Assembly: GCA_963754925.1 (NCBI GenBank)
Contig: CAVWHX010000005.1
Span: 128,001-192,000 of the forward strand
DNA: 64,000 nucleotides
Source: an uncultured delta proteobacterium
GTDB lineage: Bacteria; Myxococcota; B64-G9
Direction: 5' to 3'
Position numbers and translations under genes: made by a program. The notes under the pieces are model-generated. The model saw only the letters and a list, made by a program, of their open reading frames with translations, ran no database searches and was not told the origin of the DNA. Shown here piece after piece: positions 30,594-40,554 of this stretch. Position 1 is the stretch's first letter; each line of letters begins with the position of its first letter.

Positions 30594-32545
30594 ACCGGTG
30601 CCGTGACCTGGTCGTAGGCGTATTCATCATAGCGGCGACCCTGGTCGTCTATGGACAGGTACGAAACTTTGAGTTTATCAATCTCAATGACCCGGTGTAT
30701 GTCTTTAAGAACCCACACGTGATGAAGGGATTGACCGGGCAGAGTATTGCCTGGGCCTTCACCACCATGCAGGCTGGCCATTGGCACCCCTTGACCTGGC
30801 TGTCGCAAATGGCCGATCAGGAACTGTTTGGCCTCGACGCAGGCTACCATCATTTGGTCAATGTTTTTCTGCATATTGTCAATAGCGTGCTGCTGTATCT
30901 TCTGTTGCGGCGTATGACCGGCGGTGCCTGGAGAAGCGCTGTTGTGGCGGTCTTGTTCGCGCTCCATCCGCTGCACGTGGAATCGGTGGCTTGGGTCACT
31001 GAACGCAAAGATGTTCTCAGCGCGCTGTTCTTTATACTGACGCTGTTGGCGTATGCGTGGTATGCCGACCGGCCCGGTTTGGTCAGATATGTCGCTGTGT
31101 TCGGATTTCTTGCCATGGGTTTGATGGCGAAGCCAATGCTGGTGACGACGCCGTTTGTGTTGCTCTTGCTCGATTACTGGCCTCTGGGGCGCATAGAACC
31201 TATCAGAAAAGCGCCGCCAGCGAGAAGGGGACGCGATATTTCGGCCGCTGGAGAGAACTACCGGCGGTTGACTTACGCTTGCTTGCTCGTCGAAAAGCTT
31301 CCCCTGGTTATGTTGGCGGTCGCGTCGTGCGTGCTGGCCTACATAGCCGCTCGCCACGGCTATGTCGACAAGTCGGCGCCGTTTGGAATTCGAGTCGCCA
31401 ATGCGCTCGTCAGCTATGTTGCATACCTGGGAAAACTGCTGTGGCCGAGTGAGTTGGCGGTCTTTTACCCCTATCGCGGCAGCATATCAACGGTTCAGTG
31501 GCTCGGTGCGCTGTTGGTGTTGGCGGGCGCAAGTGGCGTGTTCATGTGGGCGGGTAGAAGGTTGCGGTACCTTACGGTTGGGTGGTTGTGGTTCCTCGGA
31601 ACCCTGGTTCCGGTAATCGGGCTGGTCCAGGCGGGCGAACAGTCTATGGCGGATCGGTTCACCTACATCCCCTCGATCGGTATTTTTATCATGGTCGCGT
31701 GGGGTGTCGCGGAGCTTGCCGCTACCTGGCGCCATGGTCGCGTCCAAAGCATAATCACCGCCTCCGCCGTGGGTCTTGGGTGTATGACGGGAGCGTGGTA
31801 TCAAACCACGTATTGGCAGAACAGTGTCACGCTCTTTCAACACGCGCTCGACGTCACCAAGAACAACTACGTCGCTCATATCAACTTGGGGGAAGCTCTA
31901 GAACTGCAGGGTCACGCCGAGAAGGCGGTGCTGCACTACGAAGAAGCACTGAAAATTCAACCCCGTCATCCCATTGCGCTCTATGATCTCGGGGCTGCGC
32001 TGGGCAGGCAGGGTAGATTGGGCAAGGCGGAAAGCCTCCTACGTGAGGCGCTCGCCATGGATCCAAAAAATGCGGATGCGCACAGCAATTTGGCTTTCAT
32101 ACTGACGCAGCGGGGCAGTTTGGAGGAGGCGATAGAACACTGTCGAACGGCGCTTACGATTAATCCCGAGCACGCGGAGGCTTACAACAACCTAGGTACC
32201 GCATTGGAACGGCAAGGAAAACTCAAGGATGCCATCGAACAATTTCGTGAAGCGCTTGACATCGAGCCTCAGCACCGAGAGGCGCGCAACAACATGGGTG
32301 TTATATTGATCAAACAAGGAAAGCTGGACGAAGCGGTCGCGCAGTTTCGCCAGGTGCTAACGCTCAATCCCGATTATGCTGAGGCACACCATAACTTAGC
32401 CATTGTGTTGGCCACTCAAGGAAAGAAAGGCGAGGCCATTGAGCAATTCCGCGAAGTCCTCCGAATCGACCCGGCGTATCCGGAGGAGCAGGATAAGCTT
32501 AATGTCTTGTTGACTCAACGAGCTAACCCATCAGGCAATAAATAG
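30590..32545 (+). CDS. TMTC-like GT-C membrane glycosyltransferase with TPRs, copy 2
   Basis: Colinear paralogue of 27815..29771; ATGA overlap with the coaE stop. Confidence 0.88.
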   Translation: MNRCRDLVVGVFIIAATLVVYGQVRNFEFINLNDPVYVFKNPHVMKGLTGQSIAWAFTTMQAGHWHPLTWLSQMADQELFGLDAGYHHLVNVFLHIVNSVLLYLLLRRMTGGAWRSAVVAVLFALHPLHVESVAWVTERKDVLSALFFILTLLAYAWYADRPGLVRYVAVFGFLAMGLMAKPMLVTTPFVLLLLDYWPLGRIEPIRKAPPARRGRDISAAGENYRRLTYACLLVEKLPLVMLAVASCVLAYIAARHGYVDKSAPFGIRVANALVSYVAYLGKLLWPSELAVFYPYRGSISTVQWLGALLVLAGASGVFMWAGRRLRYLTVGWLWFLGTLVPVIGLVQAGEQSMADRFTYIPSIGIFIMVAWGVAELAATWRHGRVQSIITASAVGLGCMTGAWYQTTYWQNSVTLFQHALDVTKNNYVAHINLGEALELQGHAEKAVLHYEEALKIQPRHPIALYDLGAALGRQGRLGKAESLLREALAMDPKNADAHSNLAFILTQRGSLEEAIEHCRTALTINPEHAEAYNNLGTALERQGKLKDAIEQFREALDIEPQHREARNNMGVILIKQGKLDEAVAQFRQVLTLNPDYAEAHHNLAIVLATQGKKGEAIEQFREVLRIDPAYPEEQDKLNVLLTQRANPSGNK

Positions 32546-32681
32546 CTGTATTTATGTGTGGCCCATTAAGCTGTATTAAAAATTCACACGTGTTGACAAA
32601 GTCACATTGATTGTTATTCATGCTGTGAACGATCGTAGGTTGATCGTTTTGAAAGAATAGGAGTTTAATGACGCTATGATG

Positions 32682-32697
32682 TGGCATCTTTTTTGCT
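32682..32697 (+). promoter_or_regulatory. sigma54 (-24/-12) promoter
   Basis: TGGCATCTTTTTTGCT, with GG and GC at the exact 12-nt offset, ~140 nt upstream of the START gene. Confidence 0.65.
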
Positions 32698-32838
32698 CAA
32701 ATGGAAACCAAACGTTCGATCGCCAGCAATCATCCTATGACGCAACACCGGGGCGAGTTGCTCGGCCGCCAATGGCGAACAGGGGCAAGGCAGAAAGGAC
32801 CGAACGAATTTGTTTAAGGCTATGAAGGGAGAAGTACG

Positions 32839-33486
32839 GTGAAACTGGTTGCCTCAATCCTTTTGTTGATGATTCAGACGGGGAGCATCCCCGGTGACGA
32901 ATGGACGCCTCCTGAGCAACCGCTCACCGATGAGGGTTTTGAGATGATCGCTCAAGAGCAAGGTGTTACGGTCTATCAGAGCAAGGAGGCAAAGAACATC
33001 AGGGTGGCGGCCGAAGGTCTGGTCAACGCTCCGCCGGACGAAGTGTTGACGGCATTGCTTGACTACGAGCATCAAAAAGGCTTCATCAAAAGGGTGACCG
33101 AGAGCAAGATTCTGGATCGCAAACAGCATTACCTCATCGTTTACCAACATTTGAACCTGCCTATTATCAGCGATCGCGATTATACCCTTTTCGTGGTGTG
33201 GGGTACCTCGGGCGATCTGCGCTGGGTCGTCTACCGAGCGATTAGCGACCAGGGGCCTCCCGAAAAAGACGGCATCGTGCGGGTTACGGATCATGAAGGC
33301 AGCTGGCAGCTCAAACCGATGGGTGCGAACGGCGAAGTCACCCAGCTGCGCTTTCAGATGAGCATCGACTTGGCCGGCTGGCTGCCGCGGTGGCTGGCGC
33401 GCTCTAAAGCCGGTGACGAGGTCCCCGATCTATTCGCCTCGATCCGTGCTTTGGTGCTCAACGAGGCTAAGGTACAGAAAGGATAA
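32839..33486 (+). CDS. Exported START/SRPBCC lipid-binding domain protein
   Basis: Signal peptide; LPIISDRDY, GSWQL and DLAGWLPRWL START motifs. Confidence 0.8.
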   Translation: MKLVASILLLMIQTGSIPGDEWTPPEQPLTDEGFEMIAQEQGVTVYQSKEAKNIRVAAEGLVNAPPDEVLTALLDYEHQKGFIKRVTESKILDRKQHYLIVYQHLNLPIISDRDYTLFVVWGTSGDLRWVVYRAISDQGPPEKDGIVRVTDHEGSWQLKPMGANGEVTQLRFQMSIDLAGWLPRWLARSKAGDEVPDLFASIRALVLNEAKVQKG

Positions 33487-33491
33487 CAATC

Positions 33492-34724
33492 ATGTTTATC
33501 CAAATCCTGCTGATGACGGTAGCACTCGGGTTTTTGGCCTGGCTTATGCGATCCCAGGCGGTTCTTGCACGCGTGGGGCGCGCGAGCGCCACCAGTAAAC
33601 CGCTATCCCGGTATCCATCGGTGACCGTCGTTCGTCCCATCAAGGGACTGGATGCGGGAATCAGTGAAAATATCAACGCCGCACTCGATCATGGCTACCC
33701 GGGAGAGGTAGAAACCCTATTCGTATTCGACGACGATCACGAGCCTGCCCTGCCGTTGGTGCGCCGGGCCATCGAGACGCGCCGCTGGATCGGCAAAGAA
33801 CGTGATGCGCGCATCCTGTTTTCGGGAGCCCCCCCGCCGGGGCGAACCGGAAAACTCAACGCCATGATCACCGGGTTTCAGGAGTCCCGGGGAGAACTCG
33901 TTGCGTTTGCCGATTCCGATATCCGACCCGATCGGGATGCGCTTCGGATGTTAGTGGAAACCCTTTGCGCGACGCCCCGTGCCGGTGCGGCAAGCGCGCC
34001 GGTGGTGGTCACCGAAAATCCCGTGACGCTAGGCGATACCGGTTACGCCCTGCTGCTCAACGGCCTGTATGCGCCGGCAGCGGCAAAGACCGTTCGCGAG
34101 CGCAACGGAACGCTTTCCTTTATTATGGGACAGTTCATGGTGCTCACCCGAGAAGCCATCGCGGCCATTGGCGGTCTCGAGAGCGCCACGGGCCAATTGG
34201 TCGATGACATGTACCTCGGAGCCCGCATCAAGGCGGCCGGATTTCGCAACGTTGTTTCCCCCCAGCGGGTTCCCATCATTCAACGCGGCATGTCCCTGAA
34301 GGAGTTCTGGCGCACCTACGTGCGCTGGATCGCTTTTTCGCGCAGCGGGCTCCCGGGCCGTGAGTTCAAGGTGCTGTCGTACCTGCGGCCAGCGATGTTC
34401 TGGTCGGGCCTGATTGCAGCCGGTGTCGCTGCGTCGCAGGGCTTCTGGTTGATAGCCCTGCTCAACGCGCTGGTTCCCGTCGAGGTTACGGCGTCTACCA
34501 TCTATCTCCATCGCGTGGTCGGCGGCGGACGGTTGACCTGGGGTCAACAGGTGGCCTCCTTCTTGCTCCTCCTGGTGGGGCCGGCAGTGCTCCTCAGCAC
34601 CGTCCTGAAGCGCACCGTCAACTGGCGTGGCCGCAGCTACAAGCTCAACGGCAAGGCACAGCTCGCCGCGGGCCGGGCGTTGGCGCCCGGTGAGAACTGC
34701 GTCAATTGTCGCAAAGCGGCCTAG
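33492..34724 (+). CDS. GT21/GT2 ceramide-glucosyltransferase/HpnI-like glycosyltransferase
   Basis: SVTVVRPIKGLD, GKLNAM, FADSD, LVDDM, YVRW and VNWRGRSY motifs. Confidence 0.85.
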   Translation: MFIQILLMTVALGFLAWLMRSQAVLARVGRASATSKPLSRYPSVTVVRPIKGLDAGISENINAALDHGYPGEVETLFVFDDDHEPALPLVRRAIETRRWIGKERDARILFSGAPPPGRTGKLNAMITGFQESRGELVAFADSDIRPDRDALRMLVETLCATPRAGAASAPVVVTENPVTLGDTGYALLLNGLYAPAAAKTVRERNGTLSFIMGQFMVLTREAIAAIGGLESATGQLVDDMYLGARIKAAGFRNVVSPQRVPIIQRGMSLKEFWRTYVRWIAFSRSGLPGREFKVLSYLRPAMFWSGLIAAGVAASQGFWLIALLNALVPVEVTASTIYLHRVVGGGRLTWGQQVASFLLLLVGPAVLLSTVLKRTVNWRGRSYKLNGKAQLAAGRALAPGENCVNCRKAA

Positions 34725-34805
34725 CGCTCAGCGGTTGTCTATTGATCTCGTCTCCCAATCGAAGTATCGTGCCGTTGATTATCTCACTAGAGAGAGGGCC
34801 CTGCC

Positions 34806-36575
34806 ATGGACACGAAGGATAGCAGCCTTCGAGCCCACTTGACCTACCAGCCGCAGGTATTGACGTTCGGCACCAGCGGGCGTCGGGGCGAGGTCATCCA
34901 TCTCACCCAGCTCGAAATTTACCTCAACGCCCTCGCCGAGATTGAATACCTTAAGACCCTTCCGGCCGCTGCGGGAGGTGTGGCCGAAGGCTCGGAATTC
35001 TACCTGGCACATGACCTTCGACCAAGCTCGTCCCGCTTCGACCCGGCTTTCGGAGGCCGCGGCGAGATTGCACAGGCCATTCTGAGGGCCATCCGAGACG
35101 CCGGCTTGCATCCGGTGAATCTGGGACGGATCCCGACACCCGCGTTGACGTTCTACGCCGTGCGACGGACAGGGGGCAGCATGATGGTAACCGGCAGCCA
35201 CATTCCGTTCGATCGCAACGGCTACAAGACCAACACCGCGCGGGGCGAATTGCGCAAAGAGGACGAGGCTCCCATCAACCACCGCGCTGACATCATGCGC
35301 CGACAGCTCTACCAACAGCCATTCGCCTCGTCGCTGTTCGATGAGCGCGGACTCTTCAAAACGGGCCACCAGGAGTTGCCGCCGGAGACGGCGTCGGGCC
35401 GCAACGAATACCTGCGCCGCTACCTCGACTTTTTCGCCGGCCGAACGCTCGCAGGGATGCGCGTGCTGGTCTATCAGCACTCGGCCGTGGGTCGCGACCT
35501 GTTGGTAGAGCTTTTGCAACAGCTCGGCGCCGCAGTGAGTGCCGCGGGCCGCAGCGAAACCTTTGTGCCGATCGACACCGAGAATATGGGCGAGGCGCAG
35601 CTCAGCGGCATCCAGGCGCTCGTCGATGAAGCCTGGGCGCGGCAGGGGCCCCTCAACGCGGTTGTGTCGACGGACGGCGACAGCGACCGTCCCCTCCTGC
35701 TTGGGTTCGACCGGCCCCCCGGCAGCGCCATGGCCTCACCCGGTCGCCTGCGCTTCTTCAGTGGCGACCTGGTGGGCATGACGGTGGCCGAATTTCTGGG
35801 CGCCGATGCCGTCGTGGTGCCCATTAGCTGCATCGATTCCCTGGAGCGCGGCGCGCTGAAGAACTGTCTTGAGCCCCGTACCCGCATCGGGTCACCATTC
35901 GTTATCGCCGGCATGGAGCGTGCGCGCGCCAGAGGGCGTCGAGCGGTCTGTGGTTGGGAGGCCAACGGGGGCTTCCTCACCGCTTCCCCGTTCGTACAAG
36001 GCGATCGCGAGCTCGATGCCTTACCGACCCGCGACGCCGTTCTGCCGATTCTCGGCGCGTTGACGAGCGCCCACGAAAAGGGTCTGTCGCTCTCGGCGTT
36101 GTTCGATGCCCTGCCCCAACGATTTGGTCGAGCTTCCCTGCTCAAGAACATCCCGCGGTCGCTCGGACTGCGGGTCGTCGAACGCTTTTCACCCGATAAT
36201 CCAGCGGTTGCGGAGGTCATCTTCAAAGAGAATCGTGTGCGGCTCTTGGATGAGCACGGCGCCGAGGTGCCCTCTACGAAGACCCAGACGCGCGCTCTAC
36301 TCGATGATCGCGAGGCCCTGGGAGCGTTCTTTGCGCCGAGCGTCGGCTTTGGCCGGATCGTCCGCTTCAACACCCTCGATGGCCTTCGACTTTGGTTCGA
36401 AAACGGTGACATCGCCCACGTTCGTCCCTCGGGTAACGCAGACGAACTACGCATGTACGCGGTGGCCGATACCCCAGCGCGCGCAGATGCCATCGTGAAG
36501 ATGGGTATCGCCGAACCGGATGGAATCCTGCGCAAGCTCATCGATGCGGTGGGTAGCGATCTCAATCCGCGGTGA
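34806..36575 (+). CDS. Phosphomannomutase/phosphoglucomutase
   Basis: FGTSGRRG, TGSHIP, DGDSDRP, WEANGG and RPSGN motifs. Confidence 0.92.
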   Translation: MDTKDSSLRAHLTYQPQVLTFGTSGRRGEVIHLTQLEIYLNALAEIEYLKTLPAAAGGVAEGSEFYLAHDLRPSSSRFDPAFGGRGEIAQAILRAIRDAGLHPVNLGRIPTPALTFYAVRRTGGSMMVTGSHIPFDRNGYKTNTARGELRKEDEAPINHRADIMRRQLYQQPFASSLFDERGLFKTGHQELPPETASGRNEYLRRYLDFFAGRTLAGMRVLVYQHSAVGRDLLVELLQQLGAAVSAAGRSETFVPIDTENMGEAQLSGIQALVDEAWARQGPLNAVVSTDGDSDRPLLLGFDRPPGSAMASPGRLRFFSGDLVGMTVAEFLGADAVVVPISCIDSLERGALKNCLEPRTRIGSPFVIAGMERARARGRRAVCGWEANGGFLTASPFVQGDRELDALPTRDAVLPILGALTSAHEKGLSLSALFDALPQRFGRASLLKNIPRSLGLRVVERFSPDNPAVAEVIFKENRVRLLDEHGAEVPSTKTQTRALLDDREALGAFFAPSVGFGRIVRFNTLDGLRLWFENGDIAHVRPSGNADELRMYAVADTPARADAIVKMGIAEPDGILRKLIDAVGSDLNPR

Positions 36576-37449
36576 TGACGTTGTTCTGCAGTAGCTGAAC
36601 CAAAATACGAACTCCTTCGAGCGGGCTGAGGCCGCAAATGAGGAGAATTTCATCGAAGGATATCGAGCCGTCCACGAGAGAGAGCACAAATCCAGCGCGG
36701 TGGTCGAGGTTGAGCCAAATAATCTCGTCGCCGCGCATGCATACCTTTGGCACCCGATCTAAGCTCCCCAGTTTTGAGTAAAGCATCTCGGTCAGGTTCT
36801 GCTGGGCCTCGGCCTGCATCTGGGTCGCCCTCGGGTCATCGGGGTTTTGCAAGAGGATGCGCTCCAACAACTCGAGAGCGCCGCTGAAATCATTGAGAGC
36901 CATACGATCCTGGGCAGCTTTAAGCAATGGCTCGCTCGATTGCTGGTTTTGATGTGATTCTTGAGGCGCCGGTGGCGTCTCGACCGCCACGAGTTCCAAG
37001 GCAGAAAGAGTGCCGGGAACGTTGGGTTGTGCCATGGATCGAACACCGGGCTTCGGCGGCAACGTCGAGGTCAAAATCTCAGGTTGCGGTGTCGGCACGG
37101 GTGAGGGCGGCGGTTGCGAAGGCATGAGTGCTTCGACGACGCTCGATCCAATCGATTGCCCCTCGTAGATATCACCCCAATGCGCGGACTGAAAAATCGA
37201 CTTCGCCGGATGGGTATATGCAGCCGGAGCAGTTTCTTCGGCGACATCGGGCTGTTTGGTTGAAGGAGTGGACAGGGGAGTGGATGCCCAGTGTTTCTCG
37301 ATAAAGATAATATAATCGCGGGCACGGGCGTTGGTCGGATCTAACTCCAACACGCGCCGCCAGGCCGCCAGGGCCTCCTCAAGGTTGCCTAATCCGTAGG
37401 AAGTCAGGCCTTGATCGAGCAGTTTGAGGATGGCTTCATCATACATCAT
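36562..37449 (-). CDS. TPR protein with a Pro-rich linker and a C-terminal myxobacterial wHTH-like domain
   Basis: N-terminal TPR, second TPR, LDHRAGFVLSLVDG...ILVQLL tail; overlaps the dnaK-like stop. Confidence 0.7.
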   Translation of the reverse strand: MMYDEAILKLLDQGLTSYGLGNLEEALAAWRRVLELDPTNARARDYIIFIEKHWASTPLSTPSTKQPDVAEETAPAAYTHPAKSIFQSAHWGDIYEGQSIGSSVVEALMPSQPPPSPVPTPQPEILTSTLPPKPGVRSMAQPNVPGTLSALELVAVETPPAPQESHQNQQSSEPLLKAAQDRMALNDFSGALELLERILLQNPDDPRATQMQAEAQQNLTEMLYSKLGSLDRVPKVCMRGDEIIWLNLDHRAGFVLSLVDGSISFDEILLICGLSPLEGVRILVQLLQNNVITAD

Positions 37450-39302
37450 GAAGGCGTGCCCGTGGGATACCAGCGTCCGGCCAGGTTACGAAAGATAGAA
37501 AGGGTGCGTTCAAGTGGTTCAATGCTGTTGTCAACGGTTTCCAGATCATGCTTCGCGATGGCCTTCCGGGTTTGTTCAAGGACGGCGGTGGCCTTGGTGA
37601 GTATTTCGTTACTGAGGGCGGAGGTGGTGATGACCTCGGTGACGAGCGGCATAAGCGTCTCGATCTCGCCAATCAACCCCTCGACCTTTGAGCGCAGCTT
37701 GTCGAAAAACTGGTCTTGGGCGGCGGCCAGGAGGTAGTCTTGGTTTTCCTCGGTCATCCGTTTGACTTCTTCTTCGGTCAGGCCGCTCGTGGCGGTGACC
37801 ACGATTGACTGGCGCCGTCCGGTTTCCATATCGCGGGCCAAGACGCTGACAATGCCGTCGGCCGAGATATCAAAGGTTACCTCGACCTCGACCTCGCCGC
37901 GCCGCGCTTCGCGCAATCCGGTGAGGATGAACTCGCCGAGCATCTCGTTTTCGTTTGCAACCGTGTTTTCGCCCTGGAACACCATGATGCGCACCACCGA
38001 CTGACCGTCCTTGACCGTGGTGAACAGGTGGCTGGCGCTCGTGGGTACGGTGGTATTTTTTTCAATCAGCCGTTGAAAATAGCCGCCGACGATCATGATG
38101 CCCAGGGATTGCGGCGTAACGTCCAAGAGCAATGGTTTGTCGTGTCGAACGCCGCTCTTTTCCGCCACCAAAGCGTAACCCTGGATCGAGGCGCCTTGCG
38201 CCACGACCTCGTCCGGATGAACGCTTTTTGACGGTTCGCGTTCGAAAAACTTCTGCACAAACTCTTGAACTTTCGGCATGCGGCTCTGGCCGCCAACCAA
38301 AATTACTTCCGAAATCTCGTTCTTGCGCAGCCCCGACTCGACCAGCGTTTTATCGCATATCTCAATGGTGCGCTGGATCAGGTCAACGGTGAGCTCCTCA
38401 AGTTGAGGACGCGTCAGCATCTTATGGAAATGCAAGGTTTTGTTCTTGGCCGCCGTAAATAAAAACGGTAGATTAATCTCGACCTCATTTTGAAAACTCA
38501 GCTCGCATTTGGCTTGTTCAGCCGCATCCTTAATTCGCTGCAATGCCATCAGATCGGAGCGCGGGTCGACGTGGTTCTCCTCGATGAACGCGGACACGAT
38601 CCAATTGGCGATACGCAGATCGAAATCTTCGCCGCCTAAAAACGTATCGCCGGCCGTGGCCACCACCTCATACACGCCTTGGCCGATGTCGAGGAGTGAA
38701 ATGTCGAAGGTCCCACCGCCCAAATCGTAGACGGCGATTCTTTTCTCGACCTGCTTGCCGAAACCGTAGGCGAGCGCGGCGGCGGTCGGTTCGTTGATAA
38801 TCCGCAGCAGCTCAAGCCCGGCAATCTTTCCAGCATCCTTAGTGGACGAGCGTTGGCCGTCGTTGAAAAAGGCGGGGACGGTGACGACCGCCAGATTGAT
38901 CGAGCTGCCGAAGTATTCCTCGGCGATGCGCTTCATCTCGGTCAATACCATGGCCGATATCTCGGGGACGCTGTACTGTTTTTCTTGCACCTCTATCCGG
39001 ATATCGTTATGAGGCCCCTCCACCATGGAATACGGAACCACCGCTTTGACTTTCTGAACGATATCGCTATTCCACTTCCGGCCGATGAAACGCTTGACCG
39101 AATAGACCGTATTCGTGGGATTCGTAACTGCCTGGCGCTTGGCCAATTGTCCCACCAAGCGGCGCCCGCCGGAGGTGAAGGCCACCATCGAAGGCGTCGT
39201 GCGGTAGCCGCCTTTGTTGGCAATCACCACCGGTGTGCCGTTCTCCACGACCGCTACGCACGAGTACGTGGTTCCGAGATCGATGCCGAGTACGCGCTCC
39301 AT
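37446..39302 (-). CDS. dnaK: Hsp70/DnaK family chaperone (paralogue)
   Basis: GIDLGTT, TVPA.F, INEPTAAA, DLGGGTFD, GGEDFD and LLLDVTP motifs. Confidence 0.93.
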   Translation of the reverse strand: MERVLGIDLGTTYSCVAVVENGTPVVIANKGGYRTTPSMVAFTSGGRRLVGQLAKRQAVTNPTNTVYSVKRFIGRKWNSDIVQKVKAVVPYSMVEGPHNDIRIEVQEKQYSVPEISAMVLTEMKRIAEEYFGSSINLAVVTVPAFFNDGQRSSTKDAGKIAGLELLRIINEPTAAALAYGFGKQVEKRIAVYDLGGGTFDISLLDIGQGVYEVVATAGDTFLGGEDFDLRIANWIVSAFIEENHVDPRSDLMALQRIKDAAEQAKCELSFQNEVEINLPFLFTAAKNKTLHFHKMLTRPQLEELTVDLIQRTIEICDKTLVESGLRKNEISEVILVGGQSRMPKVQEFVQKFFEREPSKSVHPDEVVAQGASIQGYALVAEKSGVRHDKPLLLDVTPQSLGIMIVGGYFQRLIEKNTTVPTSASHLFTTVKDGQSVVRIMVFQGENTVANENEMLGEFILTGLREARRGEVEVEVTFDISADGIVSVLARDMETGRRQSIVVTATSGLTEEEVKRMTEENQDYLLAAAQDQFFDKLRSKVEGLIGEIETLMPLVTEVITTSALSNEILTKATAVLEQTRKAIAKHDLETVDNSIEPLERTLSIFRNLAGRWYPTGTPS

Positions 39303-39332
39303 ACCTTCTCCATCACTAGCTCTGTTCGTTGG

Positions 39333-40373
39333 TTAAGTTTTTTTCTTAATTCGTTTAATTTTTGCTAGGACGATATCATCCAACGGATTAAGCTGTGCGT
39401 ACCGTTGAAACTCGCGCAGCGCGTTGAGATGCATTTCCGATACCTCGTACAAGTGAGCCAACGTATAGGCAATCTCCTGGTTGTCCGGCGCTAGTTGGGC
39501 AGCCTTGCGGCAGTATGAAATCGCCTTGCGTACATCACGCTGCAGGGTGAGCATGATGGCCGCGGCGTGATAGAGCGATTCGACGTCATTAGGGAACAAC
39601 TCAATCGCACGGATGTAGGCGGTTAGCGCGTCCTCGGTATTGCCCTGCGCTTCCTCGTAGCGAGCTCGTTTCAGCTCCAGCTGAGAACGAATCTCGGAAG
39701 ATTTCGGCTGGACGGCTTCTAAGAGCTTTTTGTACTCTTTGTTTTCAGGATCAAGGGCGATGGCCATTCGGATGTTGTTGGTCGCCTGAACGAAATGGTC
39801 TTGCTTTTGGAACTCGAGCGCTTCCTGATAATGTTTTTGAGCCTGCTCCCGGCGCTGGGGCAGTGGCGTACGGCGTATCAGGCGCTCGCGGCGCTCCTGT
39901 TTGAGCTTTTCGTCCCGCTCCTTTTCGCGTTCGGATAGGGCCTGCGCCTCGATTTCTTCCTGCGTCGGCTGATAGGGAATCGTCGCTTCGTATGCCTTGC
40001 GTTTCTGCTCGTTGGAGAGAACCTCGTAGGCGAGGTTAATGCGCTTGAAGATCGCCTCGATTTTAGCGTGGAACGAGCCCACGTTCTTGCGGAAGAACCC
40101 GTCGGGGTGAAAGTCCTTCGACACGCTGAAATAGGCCTTCTTAATCGCTCGTGCATCAGCGCGACGGTCGACCTGAAGGATCTGAAAGTGGGTGAGGGTA
40201 TCGAGGCGCTTGTACAGGTACAGAATCTTCTTTTTAGTAGGCTCGTCCAGATCGACTTGTTCGGCCAAATCGCGCGGGTCGAGAGTTACGTCCTCCCACG
40301 GCTCGGACGGGGATTTGCGATCATCGTTATTGTAAACACTGGCCGGCATACTCGTTATGTTAACCGCATTCAA
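39333..40373 (-). CDS. J-domain plus TPR co-chaperone
   Basis: HPD motif (KDFHPDG), AYEVLS, C-terminal TPRs; start could be 40349. Confidence 0.88.
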   Translation of the reverse strand: MNAVNITSMPASVYNNDDRKSPSEPWEDVTLDPRDLAEQVDLDEPTKKKILYLYKRLDTLTHFQILQVDRRADARAIKKAYFSVSKDFHPDGFFRKNVGSFHAKIEAIFKRINLAYEVLSNEQKRKAYEATIPYQPTQEEIEAQALSEREKERDEKLKQERRERLIRRTPLPQRREQAQKHYQEALEFQKQDHFVQATNNIRMAIALDPENKEYKKLLEAVQPKSSEIRSQLELKRARYEEAQGNTEDALTAYIRAIELFPNDVESLYHAAAIMLTLQRDVRKAISYCRKAAQLAPDNQEIAYTLAHLYEVSEMHLNALREFQRYAQLNPLDDIVLAKIKRIKKKT

Positions 40374-40554
40374 AACATCGCATTAGATAATGGAAAAACA
40401 ACGTTTATCGAACAGCAGTCTCTCCCGTGACATTCGAAACACGTTTGCATTCTACCACGAAACATCATAATGCACCACGGTGCCCCTGGCAAGCATTCGA
40501 CACGGCGCTACCCACCGTGAAATCGAGGCATAAAACTCTATATACAACAGTGTC

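Noticed and set aside
32701..32817. 38-codon ORF (METKRSIAS...) or riboswitch in the START gene leader
   Set aside because: It starts before the predicted sigma54 TSS, has no RBS, and matches no riboswitch consensus I recognise.
35474..36637. Long antisense ORFs (387 aa here; also 7050..7892, 11806..12687, 30479..31357, 60019..61110, 63123..63956)
   Set aside because: Shadows of well-supported genes on the opposite strand in GC-rich DNA; no recognisable motifs.
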